Part shown: positions 48,987 through 58,612 of the stretch, one piece after another
How positions within the stretch are numbered: the stretch's first letter is position 1
Layout: each line of letters starts with the position of its first letter
Assembly: GCA_965233135.1 (NCBI GenBank)
Contig: CBDDRM010000111.1
Span: 5,602-69,601, forward strand
Direction of reading: 5' to 3'
DNA from: an uncultured bacterium
GTDB taxonomy: Bacteria > Pseudomonadota > Gammaproteobacteria > Burkholderiales > JACQAP01
DNA length: 64,000 nucleotides
The notes under the pieces: model-generated
Told to the model about the DNA's origin: nothing
The model's input: the letters and a program-made list of their open reading frames with translations, nothing else
Database searches by the model: none
Position numbers and translations under genes: made by a program

Positions 48987-50306
48987 TCACAGCAGAACCC
49001 GGCGCATGTCCGCCAGGATGGCGGTGAGGTTCGTGATGAACCGGGCGCCCTGAGCGCCGTCCAGAGCCCGATGATCGTAAGACAGCGACAGAGGCATGGT
49101 CAACCGCGGCACGAACTGTCCTTCGCGCCAGACCGGTTTCATGGACGCTTTGGATACCCCGAGAATGGCCACTTCGGGGGCGTTGATGATCGGGGTGAAA
49201 TGCGTGCCGCCGATTCCACCCAGGCTGGAAATCGAGAACGTGCCCCCCTGCATTTCCGCCGGACCGAGCTTGCCGTCGCGCGCTTTCGTACTGATTTCGC
49301 CCAGTTCTTTGGCGAGTTGCAAAACGCCTTTCTGATCGACATTGCGCACCACCGGAACGACCAGCCCGCCGGGCGTGTCCACCGCAACGCCGATATGGTA
49401 ATAACGCTTGAGAATCAGCGCATCGCCGGCGGGTGCCAGCGAGGCATTGAATTCCGGATGGTTTTTCAATGCGGTGACCACCGCCTTCATGATGAAGACC
49501 AGGGGGGTAAGTTTGACCCCGTGTTTCTGCGCCTCATCGGCCAGGCTCTTGCGGAAGTTTTCCAGTTCGGTGATATCCGCTTCGTCGTTTTGCGTGACAT
49601 GCGGGATCGATACCCAGTTGCGATGCAACGCGGGTCCCGAGATTTTCTTGATGCGTGACAACGCCAGGTTTTCCACCGGGCCGAACTTTGCGAAATCCAC
49701 TTGTGGCCAAGCCGGCAACCCAAGCTGCAATCCGGCGCCACCGCCTCCACCGCCGGCCGGTTGGGCCAGCGCGGTTTTTACGAACCCCGCTACATCTTCC
49801 TTGAGTATGCGTGTCTTCGGGCCGGTGCCTTTGACGCGTCCGAGGTCCACGCCGAGTTCGCGCGCAAAGCGGCGTACCGATGGGCTTGCGTGCGCCAGGG
49901 AGAACGCCTGCTCGTCAATGACGGCCGGTGCAGCCGGTGCCGGCGCCGATGCCGCAGGGGGCGCAGCCGGTGCGGGCGCTGCTGCGGGCGCCGGTGCCGT
50001 GGATGTTGCAGCCGGCTTCTGCGCCGCGGCGGGCGCCGATGCCGGTGCCGGGGCACTGGCGCCTTCGCTGATTTCCAGGCTGAGGATGGCGGCGCCTTCC
50101 GAGACCTTGTCGCCGGCCTTGATTTTCAGTTCCTTGACCACGCCCGCAAAGGGCGCGGGCACTTCCATGGTCGCCTTGTCCGACTCGAGCGTGATCAGCG
50201 AGTCTTCCGCCTTCACGCTGTCGCCTGGCTTGGCCAGCACTTCCATGACCGGGATATTCTTGAAGTCGCCGATATCCGGGACTAGCACGTCTTTGAGGCT
50301 GCCCAT
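48987..50306 (-). CDS. aceF: Pyruvate dehydrogenase E2 (dihydrolipoyllysine-residue acetyltransferase), single lipoyl domain
   Basis: 439 aa. One lipoyl domain ([14 protein letters not shown]), an Ala/Pro linker, PSBD ([16 protein letters not shown]), and a catalytic domain with DHRALDGA. Downstream of aceE. Confidence 0.93.
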   Translation of the reverse strand: MGSLKDVLVPDIGDFKNIPVMEVLAKPGDSVKAEDSLITLESDKATMEVPAPFAGVVKELKIKAGDKVSEGAAILSLEISEGASAPAPASAPAAAQKPAATSTAPAPAAAPAPAAPPAASAPAPAAPAVIDEQAFSLAHASPSVRRFARELGVDLGRVKGTGPKTRILKEDVAGFVKTALAQPAGGGGGGAGLQLGLPAWPQVDFAKFGPVENLALSRIKKISGPALHRNWVSIPHVTQNDEADITELENFRKSLADEAQKHGVKLTPLVFIMKAVVTALKNHPEFNASLAPAGDALILKRYYHIGVAVDTPGGLVVPVVRNVDQKGVLQLAKELGEISTKARDGKLGPAEMQGGTFSISSLGGIGGTHFTPIINAPEVAILGVSKASMKPVWREGQFVPRLTMPLSLSYDHRALDGAQGARFITNLTAILADMRRVLL

Positions 50307-50352
50307 GATTTTCTTGGTAGTCGAATGAGGGATCGTTGGTTAACCGGCGTAT

Positions 50353-53013
50353 TCAAACGGTGACGGGATTAGGCTTGTCAGGATCCAGACCGTACTTCTT
50401 TATCGCCTTGGCGACCGTGGCCGCCGGAATACTGCCTTCATCGGCCAGAGCCTTAAGGGCCGCCACGGTCACGTAGTAGCGGTCCACCTCGAAGAACTTG
50501 CGCAACTGGCGGCGATAGTCGGAACGCCCGAAGCCATCCGTGCCCAGCACGACGTAATGCTTGTAGAGGAAGGGCCGGATCTGGTCGGCAAACAGCTTCA
50601 TATAGTCGGTGGCTGCGACCACCGGCCCGGGGGCGGCGTTGAGGCAGCGTCCAACATAGGTTTCGCGAGGCTTGCTTTCCGGGTGCAGCAGATTCCAGCG
50701 CTGAACGTCCAGACCCTCCCGGCGTAGCTCGTTGAAGCTGGGACAACTCCACACATCGCCCGACACGCCGAAATCTTTCTCCAGCAACTCTTGTGCGGCT
50801 ATGACTTCGCGCAGGATCGCGCCACTGCCCAGCAATTGCACGCGCGGCGCATCCTTTTTGCCCCTGCCTTCCGAGAGCCGGTACATGCCCTTCAGAATAC
50901 CTTCCTCGACGCCCTTGGGCAGCGCCGGCTGCACGTAATTCTCGTTCAGCAGCGTGATGTAGTAGAACACATCCTCCTGCTCCTTGAACATGCGGCGCAG
51001 GCCATCCTGGATGATCACGGCGACTTCGTACGCGTAGGTCGGATCGTAAGAGATGCAGTTTGGAATGGTCGACGACAGGATATGACTGTGCCCGTCCTCG
51101 TGCTGCAGGCCTTCGCCATTGAGCGTCGTGCGGCCCGACGTCCCGCCCAGCATGAAGCCACGCGCGCGTTGATCACCCGCCGCCCACGCCAGATCGCCCA
51201 CGCGCTGAAATCCGAACATCGAGTAGTAAATATAGAACGGGATCATCGATACGCCATGATTGGAATACGACGTAGCCGCTGCGATCCAGGAAGACATTGC
51301 GCCGGGCTCGTTGATGCCCTCCTGCAGGATCTGGCCCTTCTTGTCTTCCTTGTAAAACATCAACTGATCGGCATCCTGCGGCGTATACAACTGGCCCACG
51401 GAAGACCAGATCGCCAGTTGCCGGAACATGCCCTCCATGCCGAACGTGCGCGACTCATCCGGCACGATCGGTACCACGCGCTTGCCGATGTTCTTGTCCT
51501 TGACCAGGATGTTCAGGATGCGCACGAAGGCCATCGTCGTCGACGATTCGCGGTCCTCCGAGCTTTTGAGCAACGGCTCGAAGGCTGAAAGCGGCGGAAT
51601 TTCCAGGCTGTCGCCTTTCAGCCGGCGCGAGGGCACATAGCCCCCGAGCGCTTCGCGACGCTTGCGCATGTATTCGAGTTCGGGCGAACCCTGTTCGAAC
51701 TTCAGATAGGGAACTTCATCCAGCTTGTCATCCGTGATCGGCAAGCCAAAGCGATCACGAAACGCGCGCAACGACGTCGTGCCCATCTTTTTTTGCTGAT
51801 GCGTGATGTTCTGCGCTTCACCAGCTTCTCCCATGCCGTAACCCTTGATGGTCTTGGCCAGGATCACGGTGGGCTGACCGACCGTTTTGACGGCGGAGGC
51901 ATACGCGGCATAGATCTTGTGCGGGTCGTGACCTCCACGATTCAGCCGCCAGATGTCGTCGTCGGACATGTTGGCAACCATTTCCAGCAATTCCGGATAT
52001 TTGCCGAAGAAGTGCTTGCGCACGTAGGCGCCGTCCTTGGATTTGAAAGTCTGGTATTCGCCATCCACGGCCTCGAGCATGCGCTTGACCAGGGTGCCGT
52101 TCTTGTCCTTCATCAGCAGCGGGTCCCAGTAGGCGCCCCAGATCACCTTGATCACGTTCCAGCCTGCGCCGCGAAAATCCGACTCCAGTTCCTGGATGAT
52201 CTTGCCGTTGCCCCGCACCGGACCGTCGAGTCGTTGCAGGTTGCAGTTCACCACGAAAATGAGGTTGTCGAGTTTCTCGCGTGCCGCTACGCCGATGGCG
52301 CCCATGGACTCCGGTTCGTCGATTTCTCCGTCGCCCAGGAAACACCAGACCTTGCGCCCCTCGGTGTTGGCCAGACCCCGGTCCTGCAGGTACTTCATGA
52401 ATCTGGCCTGATAGATGGCCATGATCGGTCCCAGCCCCATCGATACCGTCGGGAACTGCCAGAAGTCCGGCATGAGCCAGGGATGTGGATAGGAAGACAG
52501 GCCTTTGCCATCGACTTCCTGGCGGAAACTGTCCATCTGCTCCTCGGACAGCCGGCCCAGCAGGAATGCCCGCGCATACACCCCGGTCGCCGAGTGCCCT
52601 TGAAAGAACACCATGTCGCCACCGTGCTTGTCCGATGCCGCATGCCAGAAATGATTGAATCCCACGTCATACAGCGTGGCCGCGGAGGCGAAACTCGCGA
52701 TGTGGCCGCCCAGCTCGGAAGATTGCTTGTTCGCGCGCAGCACCATGGCCGCGGCGTTCCAGCGTACATAGGAGCGAATGCGGTGTTCCAGAGCGTGGTC
52801 GCCCGGCGAAGGTTCTTCCTGACCCGCCGGAATGGTGTTGATATACGCAGTGTTGGCGCTGTACGGCAGATAGGCCCCAGAACGCCGCGCTTTCTCGATC
52901 AGCTGCTCGAGGATGTAGTGTGCGCGCTCCGGTCCTTCGTGCTGCAGGACGCCATCGAGCGCATCCAGCCATTCGTTTGTCTCTTGCGGATCGTCATCCG
53001 GAAGTGCTGCCAT
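50353..53013 (-). CDS. aceE: Pyruvate dehydrogenase E1 component (homodimeric type)
   Basis: 886 aa: DPQETNEWLDALDGVL, GGHIASFASAATLY, GDGEIDEPES (ThDP GDG motif). Length is typical of AceE. Confidence 0.96.
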   Translation of the reverse strand: MAALPDDDPQETNEWLDALDGVLQHEGPERAHYILEQLIEKARRSGAYLPYSANTAYINTIPAGQEEPSPGDHALEHRIRSYVRWNAAAMVLRANKQSSELGGHIASFASAATLYDVGFNHFWHAASDKHGGDMVFFQGHSATGVYARAFLLGRLSEEQMDSFRQEVDGKGLSSYPHPWLMPDFWQFPTVSMGLGPIMAIYQARFMKYLQDRGLANTEGRKVWCFLGDGEIDEPESMGAIGVAAREKLDNLIFVVNCNLQRLDGPVRGNGKIIQELESDFRGAGWNVIKVIWGAYWDPLLMKDKNGTLVKRMLEAVDGEYQTFKSKDGAYVRKHFFGKYPELLEMVANMSDDDIWRLNRGGHDPHKIYAAYASAVKTVGQPTVILAKTIKGYGMGEAGEAQNITHQQKKMGTTSLRAFRDRFGLPITDDKLDEVPYLKFEQGSPELEYMRKRREALGGYVPSRRLKGDSLEIPPLSAFEPLLKSSEDRESSTTMAFVRILNILVKDKNIGKRVVPIVPDESRTFGMEGMFRQLAIWSSVGQLYTPQDADQLMFYKEDKKGQILQEGINEPGAMSSWIAAATSYSNHGVSMIPFYIYYSMFGFQRVGDLAWAAGDQRARGFMLGGTSGRTTLNGEGLQHEDGHSHILSSTIPNCISYDPTYAYEVAVIIQDGLRRMFKEQEDVFYYITLLNENYVQPALPKGVEEGILKGMYRLSEGRGKKDAPRVQLLGSGAILREVIAAQELLEKDFGVSGDVWSCPSFNELRREGLDVQRWNLLHPESKPRETYVGRCLNAAPGPVVAATDYMKLFADQIRPFLYKHYVVLGTDGFGRSDYRRQLRKFFEVDRYYVTVAALKALADEGSIPAATVAKAIKKYGLDPDKPNPVTV

Positions 53014-53161
53014 GGCGCTGCCCTTGGGTTAGGTTGCTGACGTTGTCTGGTGAGAGAGCGGGAGCGTTTTTTTATGGCTATTAACCAAAGTCCCATTCTG
53101 CAAAAAATTATAGCACCGCGTCGAGGCGGATTTCTCTAGCGCCGCTGCGCATTGCAGTGCG

Positions 53162-53761
53162 TCATTTCGGTGATGGCGGCACGCGGCCCATTAGATAGAA
53201 CTCGTCGTTGGGCCGCATATCGATCAGGTGTGCCATGCGATTGGAGAGCGCGAAGAACGCCGTGATGCCGCCGATATCCCAGATGTCTTCAGCGCTGAAA
53301 CCATGGCTGCGCAGGGTCTCGTGATCCGCGGCTGTCAGCGCCTCGGGAGTGCGCGAGAGTTTGCAGGCGAAATCCAGCATGGCTTTTTGTCGCGGCGTCA
53401 GGTCCGCCTTGCCATGATGGATCGCAACCTGATCGGCAATCTGGGGATTCTTGGCGTAAATGCGCAGAATGGCCCCATGTGCGATCACGCAATAAGGACA
53501 CTGACTCAGCCCGCTCGTGGCCACCACGATCATCTCCTTTTCTGCCTTCGACAAGCCGGAATCCTTGAGCATCAACGCGTCGTGATAGGCGAAGAATGCG
53601 CGAAACTCGTCGGGACGGTGTGCCAGCGTCGCGAACACGTTCGGAATGAATCCGGCTTTCTTCTGCACCTCGAGCATCTTGTCGCGGATGTCCTGGGGCA
53701 GCGCATCGAGTTGCGGGACGGGGTATTTGCTTGGGGATAGGGTCATTTCGGTTTTGCTCAT
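53162..53761 (-). CDS. Carboxymuconolactone decarboxylase/AhpD-fold 'peroxidase-related enzyme'
   Basis: 199 aa: FIPNVFATLAHRPDEFRAFF, CPYCVIAHG (CxxC-H AhpD core). Confidence 0.8.
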   Translation of the reverse strand: MSKTEMTLSPSKYPVPQLDALPQDIRDKMLEVQKKAGFIPNVFATLAHRPDEFRAFFAYHDALMLKDSGLSKAEKEMIVVATSGLSQCPYCVIAHGAILRIYAKNPQIADQVAIHHGKADLTPRQKAMLDFACKLSRTPEALTAADHETLRSHGFSAEDIWDIGGITAFFALSNRMAHLIDMRPNDEFYLMGRVPPSPK

Positions 53762-53907
53762 CGAAGGTGGGTGAGGACTGCGTGAAGCAATGTAGTTTCA
53801 GTTTGAGGGGTACATGTCGAATCCGCTCGTACACACCCGGATCCTTGCCCTTTGCGTCTTTCTTCCTTTGCCCCTTGTCTCATTCACTCGCAGATCGCGT
53901 CATCGGA

Positions 53908-55143
53908 TCAATCGTATTTGCGCAGATCTTCGATGATCTTGCCGTCGTTGGGCAGCGAACCGATATCGGCGAACTCGACTTCGCCGCGCAGCTTGCAGAT
54001 GTCGCGCATGCTCTCCGAAATAGCCTGGGAGAGCGCCTCGCTGCGGCTGCGCACCTCGCAGCGAAGACGCATGCGATCGTTGCGCTCGACATCGTGCTCG
54101 ACGCTCAGGCGCGCTTTGAGGACTTCGGAATGGCGCTTGACGACCTGCCCGATTTGCGACGGATGCACGAACATGCCCTTGACTTTGGTGGTCTGGTCCG
54201 CGCGCCCCATCCATCCTTTGATGCGCATATTGGTGCGCCCGCATGCACTCGCCCCCGCCGCGATCGCCGACAGGTCGCCGGTAGCGAAGCGAATCAGCGG
54301 ATACTCACTGCACAGGGTGGTTACGACGACCTCGCCGACTTCGCCGTCCGGCACAGGATCTCCGCTGCCCGGTCGCACGATCTCCAGGATGACGCCTTCG
54401 TCCACGACAAGGCCGCCCATCGGCTCGGTCTCGTAAGCGATCAGGCCCAGATCGGCTGTGCCATAGCATTGGTGCACTTCTATGTCGCGTGCGCGCAGCA
54501 GGTCGCGCACGGGCGGCAGCAAGGCCTCGCCCGATACGATGGCTTTTTTCATACTGGAGACATTCGCATGCACTTCATCGGCCTTCTCGAGCAGTATTTT
54601 CAGAAAGGATGGCGTGCCGGCGTATCCGTCGGGTTTCAGGTCGGAAATGGCGGCAACTTGCAACTCGGTTTGTCCAGTGCCGGCCGGAAAGACGGCACAA
54701 CCCACCGCCTGCGCGCCCAGATCCACCATGAAGCCGGCCGGCGTAAAGTGATAGGAAAACGTGTTGTGCACGAGATCGCCGCGACGAAAGCCCGCCGCGA
54801 ACAAGGCGCGGCCGAAGCGCCAGAAATCCGCAGTGCGGCCCTGCGGGTCGTAAATCGGGCCCGGCGACGAAAACACGCGGCCCAGCCGGCCCGCGGCGAC
54901 CGCCGTCATGCCGGCAAACGGGGGCGAGGCCTTTTGTAATGCGATGAGGTCCGACTTGCGGGTGACCGGTAATGCCGCCAGCGCCGCGCGGTCATTGATT
55001 CCGCTGGCATCGATGTCCCGCAGCAGGCGGGCAAAATACCCTGCATTTGCCTTGGCGTGCTGGATCTGTCCGGGGAGCGCACCGAATAGTGCGCGTTCAC
55101 GCTGCTCGGGGTCGCGCGTTTCAAGGTCGTCGTAAAATTCCAT
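53908..55143 (-). CDS. Phenylacetate-CoA ligase (PaaK)-like adenylate-forming family protein with an atypical phosphate-binding loop
   Basis: Internal ATG: MEFYDDLETRDPEQRERALF...; C-terminal ...GDLS...GRTNMRIKGWMGRADQTTKVKGMFVHP resembles PaaK/F390-synthetase. The canonical SSGTTG position reads FSSPGPIYDP. Last gene of the ABC cluster. Confidence 0.75.
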   Translation of the reverse strand: MEFYDDLETRDPEQRERALFGALPGQIQHAKANAGYFARLLRDIDASGINDRAALAALPVTRKSDLIALQKASPPFAGMTAVAAGRLGRVFSSPGPIYDPQGRTADFWRFGRALFAAGFRRGDLVHNTFSYHFTPAGFMVDLGAQAVGCAVFPAGTGQTELQVAAISDLKPDGYAGTPSFLKILLEKADEVHANVSSMKKAIVSGEALLPPVRDLLRARDIEVHQCYGTADLGLIAYETEPMGGLVVDEGVILEIVRPGSGDPVPDGEVGEVVVTTLCSEYPLIRFATGDLSAIAAGASACGRTNMRIKGWMGRADQTTKVKGMFVHPSQIGQVVKRHSEVLKARLSVEHDVERNDRMRLRCEVRSRSEALSQAISESMRDICKLRGEVEFADIGSLPNDGKIIEDLRKYD

Positions 55144-55242
55144 TGGGCAGTGAAGAGGGACGCTATTGGCAGGTTGGCAAATTCGCAAGACGAGCGGAAA
55201 TCCCTGAATCACGCGGCGCGCGCATCAGCCGGATACAAGACT

Positions 55243-56085
55243 TCAGGCCAGCCATCGCTTGCGCCGGCGATAATGTTTGGCATCGCGAAAATTCTTCCGG
55301 CCGCCGCTGGACAGGCCGAGGTAGAACTCTTTGACGTCTTCGTTGCCCGCCAGTTCGCTGGCAGGCCCGTTCATGACCACCCGCCCGTTTTCCAGAATGT
55401 AACCGTAGTTGGCGTGGCGCAAGGCAACGCTGGTGTTCTGTTCGGCCAGCAGAAAACTGACTTTCTCTTTCTCGTTGAGTCCACGCACGATATCGAAAAT
55501 CTCTTCCACGATCTGTGGCGCGAGGCCCATCGAAGGCTCGTCGAGCAGGATCATGCTGGGCCTCGCCATCAGCGCGCGGCCCAGCGCGGTCATCTGCTGT
55601 TCGCCGCCCGACGTGTAGCCGGACTGGCTTTTGCGGCGCTCTTTCAATCGTGGAAAGTACTGGTAGACCCTTTCCAGGTCTTGCCGGATGGCGGCGCGGC
55701 TGGCGCTACGCGTGAAAGCACCCGTCAGCAGATTCTCTTCGACTGTCAGATGCTGGAAGCAGTGCCGCCCTTCCATGACCTGCACGACGCCGAGCTTTAC
55801 GACCTGCCAGGGCGTGAGCCGATCGATGCGCCGTCCGCGATACTCGATCGAGCCTTTGGTGACGTCTCCGCGCTCGGAAGCGAGCAGATTCGAGACGGCT
55901 TTTAACGTCGTGGTTTTACCGGCGCCGTTAGCTCCGAGCAGCGCGACGATGGTGCCCTCGGCGATGGTCAGCGAAACCCCCTTGAGAACGAGGATCACAT
56001 GGTCGTATATGACCTCGACGTTGTTGAGGGCGAGCAAGGGCTGCGCAGCGGTGGACATCGGTGTGTCGGTGACTGAAGTTCTCAA
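55243..56085 (-). CDS. Branched-chain amino acid (HAAT)-type ABC transporter ATP-binding protein, LivF-like
   Basis: Walker A GANGAGKTT, signature SGGEQQM, Walker B ILLDEPSMGLAP. The start may instead be the internal MSTAAQ. Confidence 0.85.
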   Translation of the reverse strand: MRTSVTDTPMSTAAQPLLALNNVEVIYDHVILVLKGVSLTIAEGTIVALLGANGAGKTTTLKAVSNLLASERGDVTKGSIEYRGRRIDRLTPWQVVKLGVVQVMEGRHCFQHLTVEENLLTGAFTRSASRAAIRQDLERVYQYFPRLKERRKSQSGYTSGGEQQMTALGRALMARPSMILLDEPSMGLAPQIVEEIFDIVRGLNEKEKVSFLLAEQNTSVALRHANYGYILENGRVVMNGPASELAGNEDVKEFYLGLSSGGRKNFRDAKHYRRRKRWLA

Positions 56086-56137
56086 GTAGTATTCGCGGCG
56101 TGACTTTGCTTCAATTGCCGGACCGCCGTGCTCGGTT

Positions 56138-57460
56138 TCAACCTTTCATACAGCGTGCCTTGATGCCTTTTTCCGCGGCGTACTTCGCGGCGGAGTCCTC
56201 GACCATCTTGCGGATCAGTACGCGATCCCCGCTCATCCAGTCGGAGGCCGGGTTCCATTTGCCGCGCTGCCATTGCTGGAACCGCACCAGGCCGCTGCCA
56301 CCATGATCGTTGCAGGATAATTTCAGCGGCGGAACCATGGTCCCGAAGCCGAGCTGGTCGAGACGTTTCTGATCGATGTCCAGGTTCTCGATACCCCAGC
56401 GCGACTGTGTGCCTGTCATCGGCTTCTTGCCGTATTTGGCCTGGGCCGTGCGAACTGCCTCGACGGTAAACATGGCCGCGGCCACCCCGCGATTCCACAG
56501 CACGGTGCCGATCAACTTGGGATCGCCGCCCTTGGCTTTGGCGTACACGAATTTTTCGATATCCCTGACGACGCCGAAATTCTTGCCTGCGAGGTTCAGG
56601 CTGGCGGCATAGTAGCCATCGGCCGCCGGGCCGGCCGCTTCGGTGTCGATCTCGGATCCGGCCCACCAGTTGCCGACCATTTTCTCGCGTGGAAATCCCA
56701 CTTTCTGGGCGGTCGACAGCGCGGTGGCACTCATGACCCCCCAGCCCCACAGGACTACCCAGTCCGGCCGGTACTGGCGTATCTGCAGCCATTGCGATTG
56801 CTGCTCGTTGCCCGGGTGCGGCACCGGGATCAGCTTGAGCTCGAAGCCGAGCTTCGCGGCTTCGGCTTCCATCACCGGGTGCGGCTCCTTGCCATACGCC
56901 GAATCGTGATACAGCAGTACGATCTTCTTGCCTTTGAGCTTGTCTGTGCCGCTTTCGCGCTCGCCGATGAATTTGATAATGCCGGTGGCCGCGTCCCAGT
57001 AGTTGGCCAGCAGCGGGAATACCCAGGGGAACACGCGACCGTCTGTGGCATCGGTGCGGCCGTAGCCCAGAGTGATCAGCGGAATCTTGTCGCCCGGTGC
57101 CTTGTCGATCAGCGCGTAAGTAATGCCGGTAGACATCGGATGAATGGCCGTAGGTCCATTCGCGCTGCGCGCCTTCAGGCGTTCATAACACTCCACGCCT
57201 TTGGCGTTGTTGTATTCCGTTTCGCACTCTTCCCAGCTCAGCTTGACACCGTTGATGCCGCCGTCGCGCTCGTTGATCAGGTTCAGATAATCGATCATGC
57301 CGGTGAAAAATGCCGCGCCATTGGCGCCATACGGACCGACCCGGTAGCCCAGGATGCCCATGAACTGCGTGCCAGGTTGCTGCGCGCCGGCCGGGAGCAT
57401 CCAAGCCAGGCTGCCGGCCAGCGTGCACAGCAGTAACAGCATTGTTTTGCAGATTCTCAT
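56138..57460 (-). CDS. HAAT-type ABC transporter periplasmic substrate-binding protein (LivJ/K fold, large variant)
   Basis: In-frame ATG at 57460: signal peptide MRICKTMLLLLCTLAGSLAWMLPAGA|QQ, then GILGYRVGPYGANGAAFFTG...INGVKL. 440 aa. The longer 600-aa track ORF has an Arg/Gly-rich, non-protein-like N-terminus. Confidence 0.85.
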   Translation of the reverse strand: MRICKTMLLLLCTLAGSLAWMLPAGAQQPGTQFMGILGYRVGPYGANGAAFFTGMIDYLNLINERDGGINGVKLSWEECETEYNNAKGVECYERLKARSANGPTAIHPMSTGITYALIDKAPGDKIPLITLGYGRTDATDGRVFPWVFPLLANYWDAATGIIKFIGERESGTDKLKGKKIVLLYHDSAYGKEPHPVMEAEAAKLGFELKLIPVPHPGNEQQSQWLQIRQYRPDWVVLWGWGVMSATALSTAQKVGFPREKMVGNWWAGSEIDTEAAGPAADGYYAASLNLAGKNFGVVRDIEKFVYAKAKGGDPKLIGTVLWNRGVAAAMFTVEAVRTAQAKYGKKPMTGTQSRWGIENLDIDQKRLDQLGFGTMVPPLKLSCNDHGGSGLVRFQQWQRGKWNPASDWMSGDRVLIRKMVEDSAAKYAAEKGIKARCMKG

Positions 57461-57483
57461 ATATCCTCCCGTGTACGGGGGTT

Positions 57484-58560
57484 CTAGTGGGGAAATGGCC
57501 ATAGCCGCAGTTTTTCCTTGGTAATCTGCCACAGGCGCGCAAGGCCGTGCGGTTCCACGATCAGAAAGAAAATGATCAGCGCGCCGAATACCAGCACCTG
57601 GACCATGGATGTAACGCCCGGCTCCAGATTCAGGTTGAACGCGCGGCTCACGTCCGTCAACAGGACCTCGAGCAGGATCGGCATGAGCGTGATGAATGCG
57701 GCGCCCAGGAAGGAACCCAGGATACTGCCGACCCCGCCGATGATCACCATGAACAATATGCGGAAAGACAGATCGAGATTGAACCCGTCCGGCTCCACGG
57801 AGCCAAGATAAGCGAATGCATACAGCGCCCCGGCGACGCCGCAATAAAAGGAACTCACGGCGAATGCGAGCAGCTTGGTGCGCAAGATGCGGATGCCGAT
57901 GACCTCGGCTGCCACGTCCATATCGCGTACCGCCATCCACGCCCGACCGATGCGGCTGCGCACCAGATTCTTGCCCATCAGCGCCAGCGCGGCGACGATG
58001 GCCAGCACCAGCAGATATTTTTTTTGCGGAGTGTCGAATTCCATGCCCAGGATCACAATGGGTTGCGCGGTAATGACCCCGGAGGCCGAATAGTTCGAAA
58101 ACCAGCCAACCTTGGTGATCAGCCAGGGAATGAAAAACTGGGCTGCCAGGGTCGCTACCGCCAGATAAAAGCCCTTGATGCGCAGGCTGGGAAGGCCGAA
58201 CAGCACACCCACCGCAGCGGCCGTCAGCCCGCCCAGCGCAAAGCTCAGCAGGATCGGCATGCCGGGAATGCGCAGCTGGAAGTTGTACGCGGCCACCGCG
58301 CCGACCGCCATGAACGCCGCCGTGCCGAGTGAAAGCTGTCCGGCATAGCCGGTCAGCAGATTCAGACCCAGTGTCGCCAGCGCAAACACCAGGAAGGGAA
58401 TCAGTAGCGCGGTCAACCAGTAATCACTGGCGAACAGCGGAATGCCGACAAAAGCTGCCGCCAGGATGGCCAGCATGGCGTAACGATCCTGGCGGATTGG
58501 AAACAACGCCTGGTCGGCTGCGTAGCTTGCCTTGAACTGTCCGGCTTCTCGGTAAAACAT
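57484..58560 (-). CDS. HAAT-type ABC transporter permease, LivM-like
   Basis: 358-aa polytopic protein: GQLSLGTAAFMAVGAVAAY and the typical LivM topology. Confidence 0.85.
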   Translation of the reverse strand: MFYREAGQFKASYAADQALFPIRQDRYAMLAILAAAFVGIPLFASDYWLTALLIPFLVFALATLGLNLLTGYAGQLSLGTAAFMAVGAVAAYNFQLRIPGMPILLSFALGGLTAAAVGVLFGLPSLRIKGFYLAVATLAAQFFIPWLITKVGWFSNYSASGVITAQPIVILGMEFDTPQKKYLLVLAIVAALALMGKNLVRSRIGRAWMAVRDMDVAAEVIGIRILRTKLLAFAVSSFYCGVAGALYAFAYLGSVEPDGFNLDLSFRILFMVIIGGVGSILGSFLGAAFITLMPILLEVLLTDVSRAFNLNLEPGVTSMVQVLVFGALIIFFLIVEPHGLARLWQITKEKLRLWPFPH

Positions 58561-58612
58561 CGCTGATCAGTAATCGGCGTGACGTGAATGGGGATTGGTA
58601 AATGACAAGGCG

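Noticed and set aside
49890-50080. Repetitive GCC/GCG/CCG-rich tract that looks like a tandem repeat
   Set aside because: It encodes the Ala/Pro-rich flexible linker of E2 (…[25 protein letters not shown]…), a normal feature of 2-oxoacid dehydrogenase E2 proteins.
51793-53040. 415-aa plus-strand ORF
   Set aside because: It is antisense to aceE.
53107-53112. TATAAT hexamer (minus strand) about 95 nt upstream of aceE as its promoter -10
   Set aside because: No acceptable -35 lies at 16-18 bp spacing. A single hexamer match is not sufficient evidence.
53731-54939. 402-aa plus-strand ORF
   Set aside because: It is antisense to the PaaK-like gene and begins inside the AhpD-like gene. It is low-complexity.
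56138-57940. 600-aa version of the substrate-binding protein ORF
   Set aside because: The first 160 residues are Arg/Gly/His-rich and overlap the LivM-like gene. A proper signal peptide begins at the internal ATG at 57460, so the shorter call was used.
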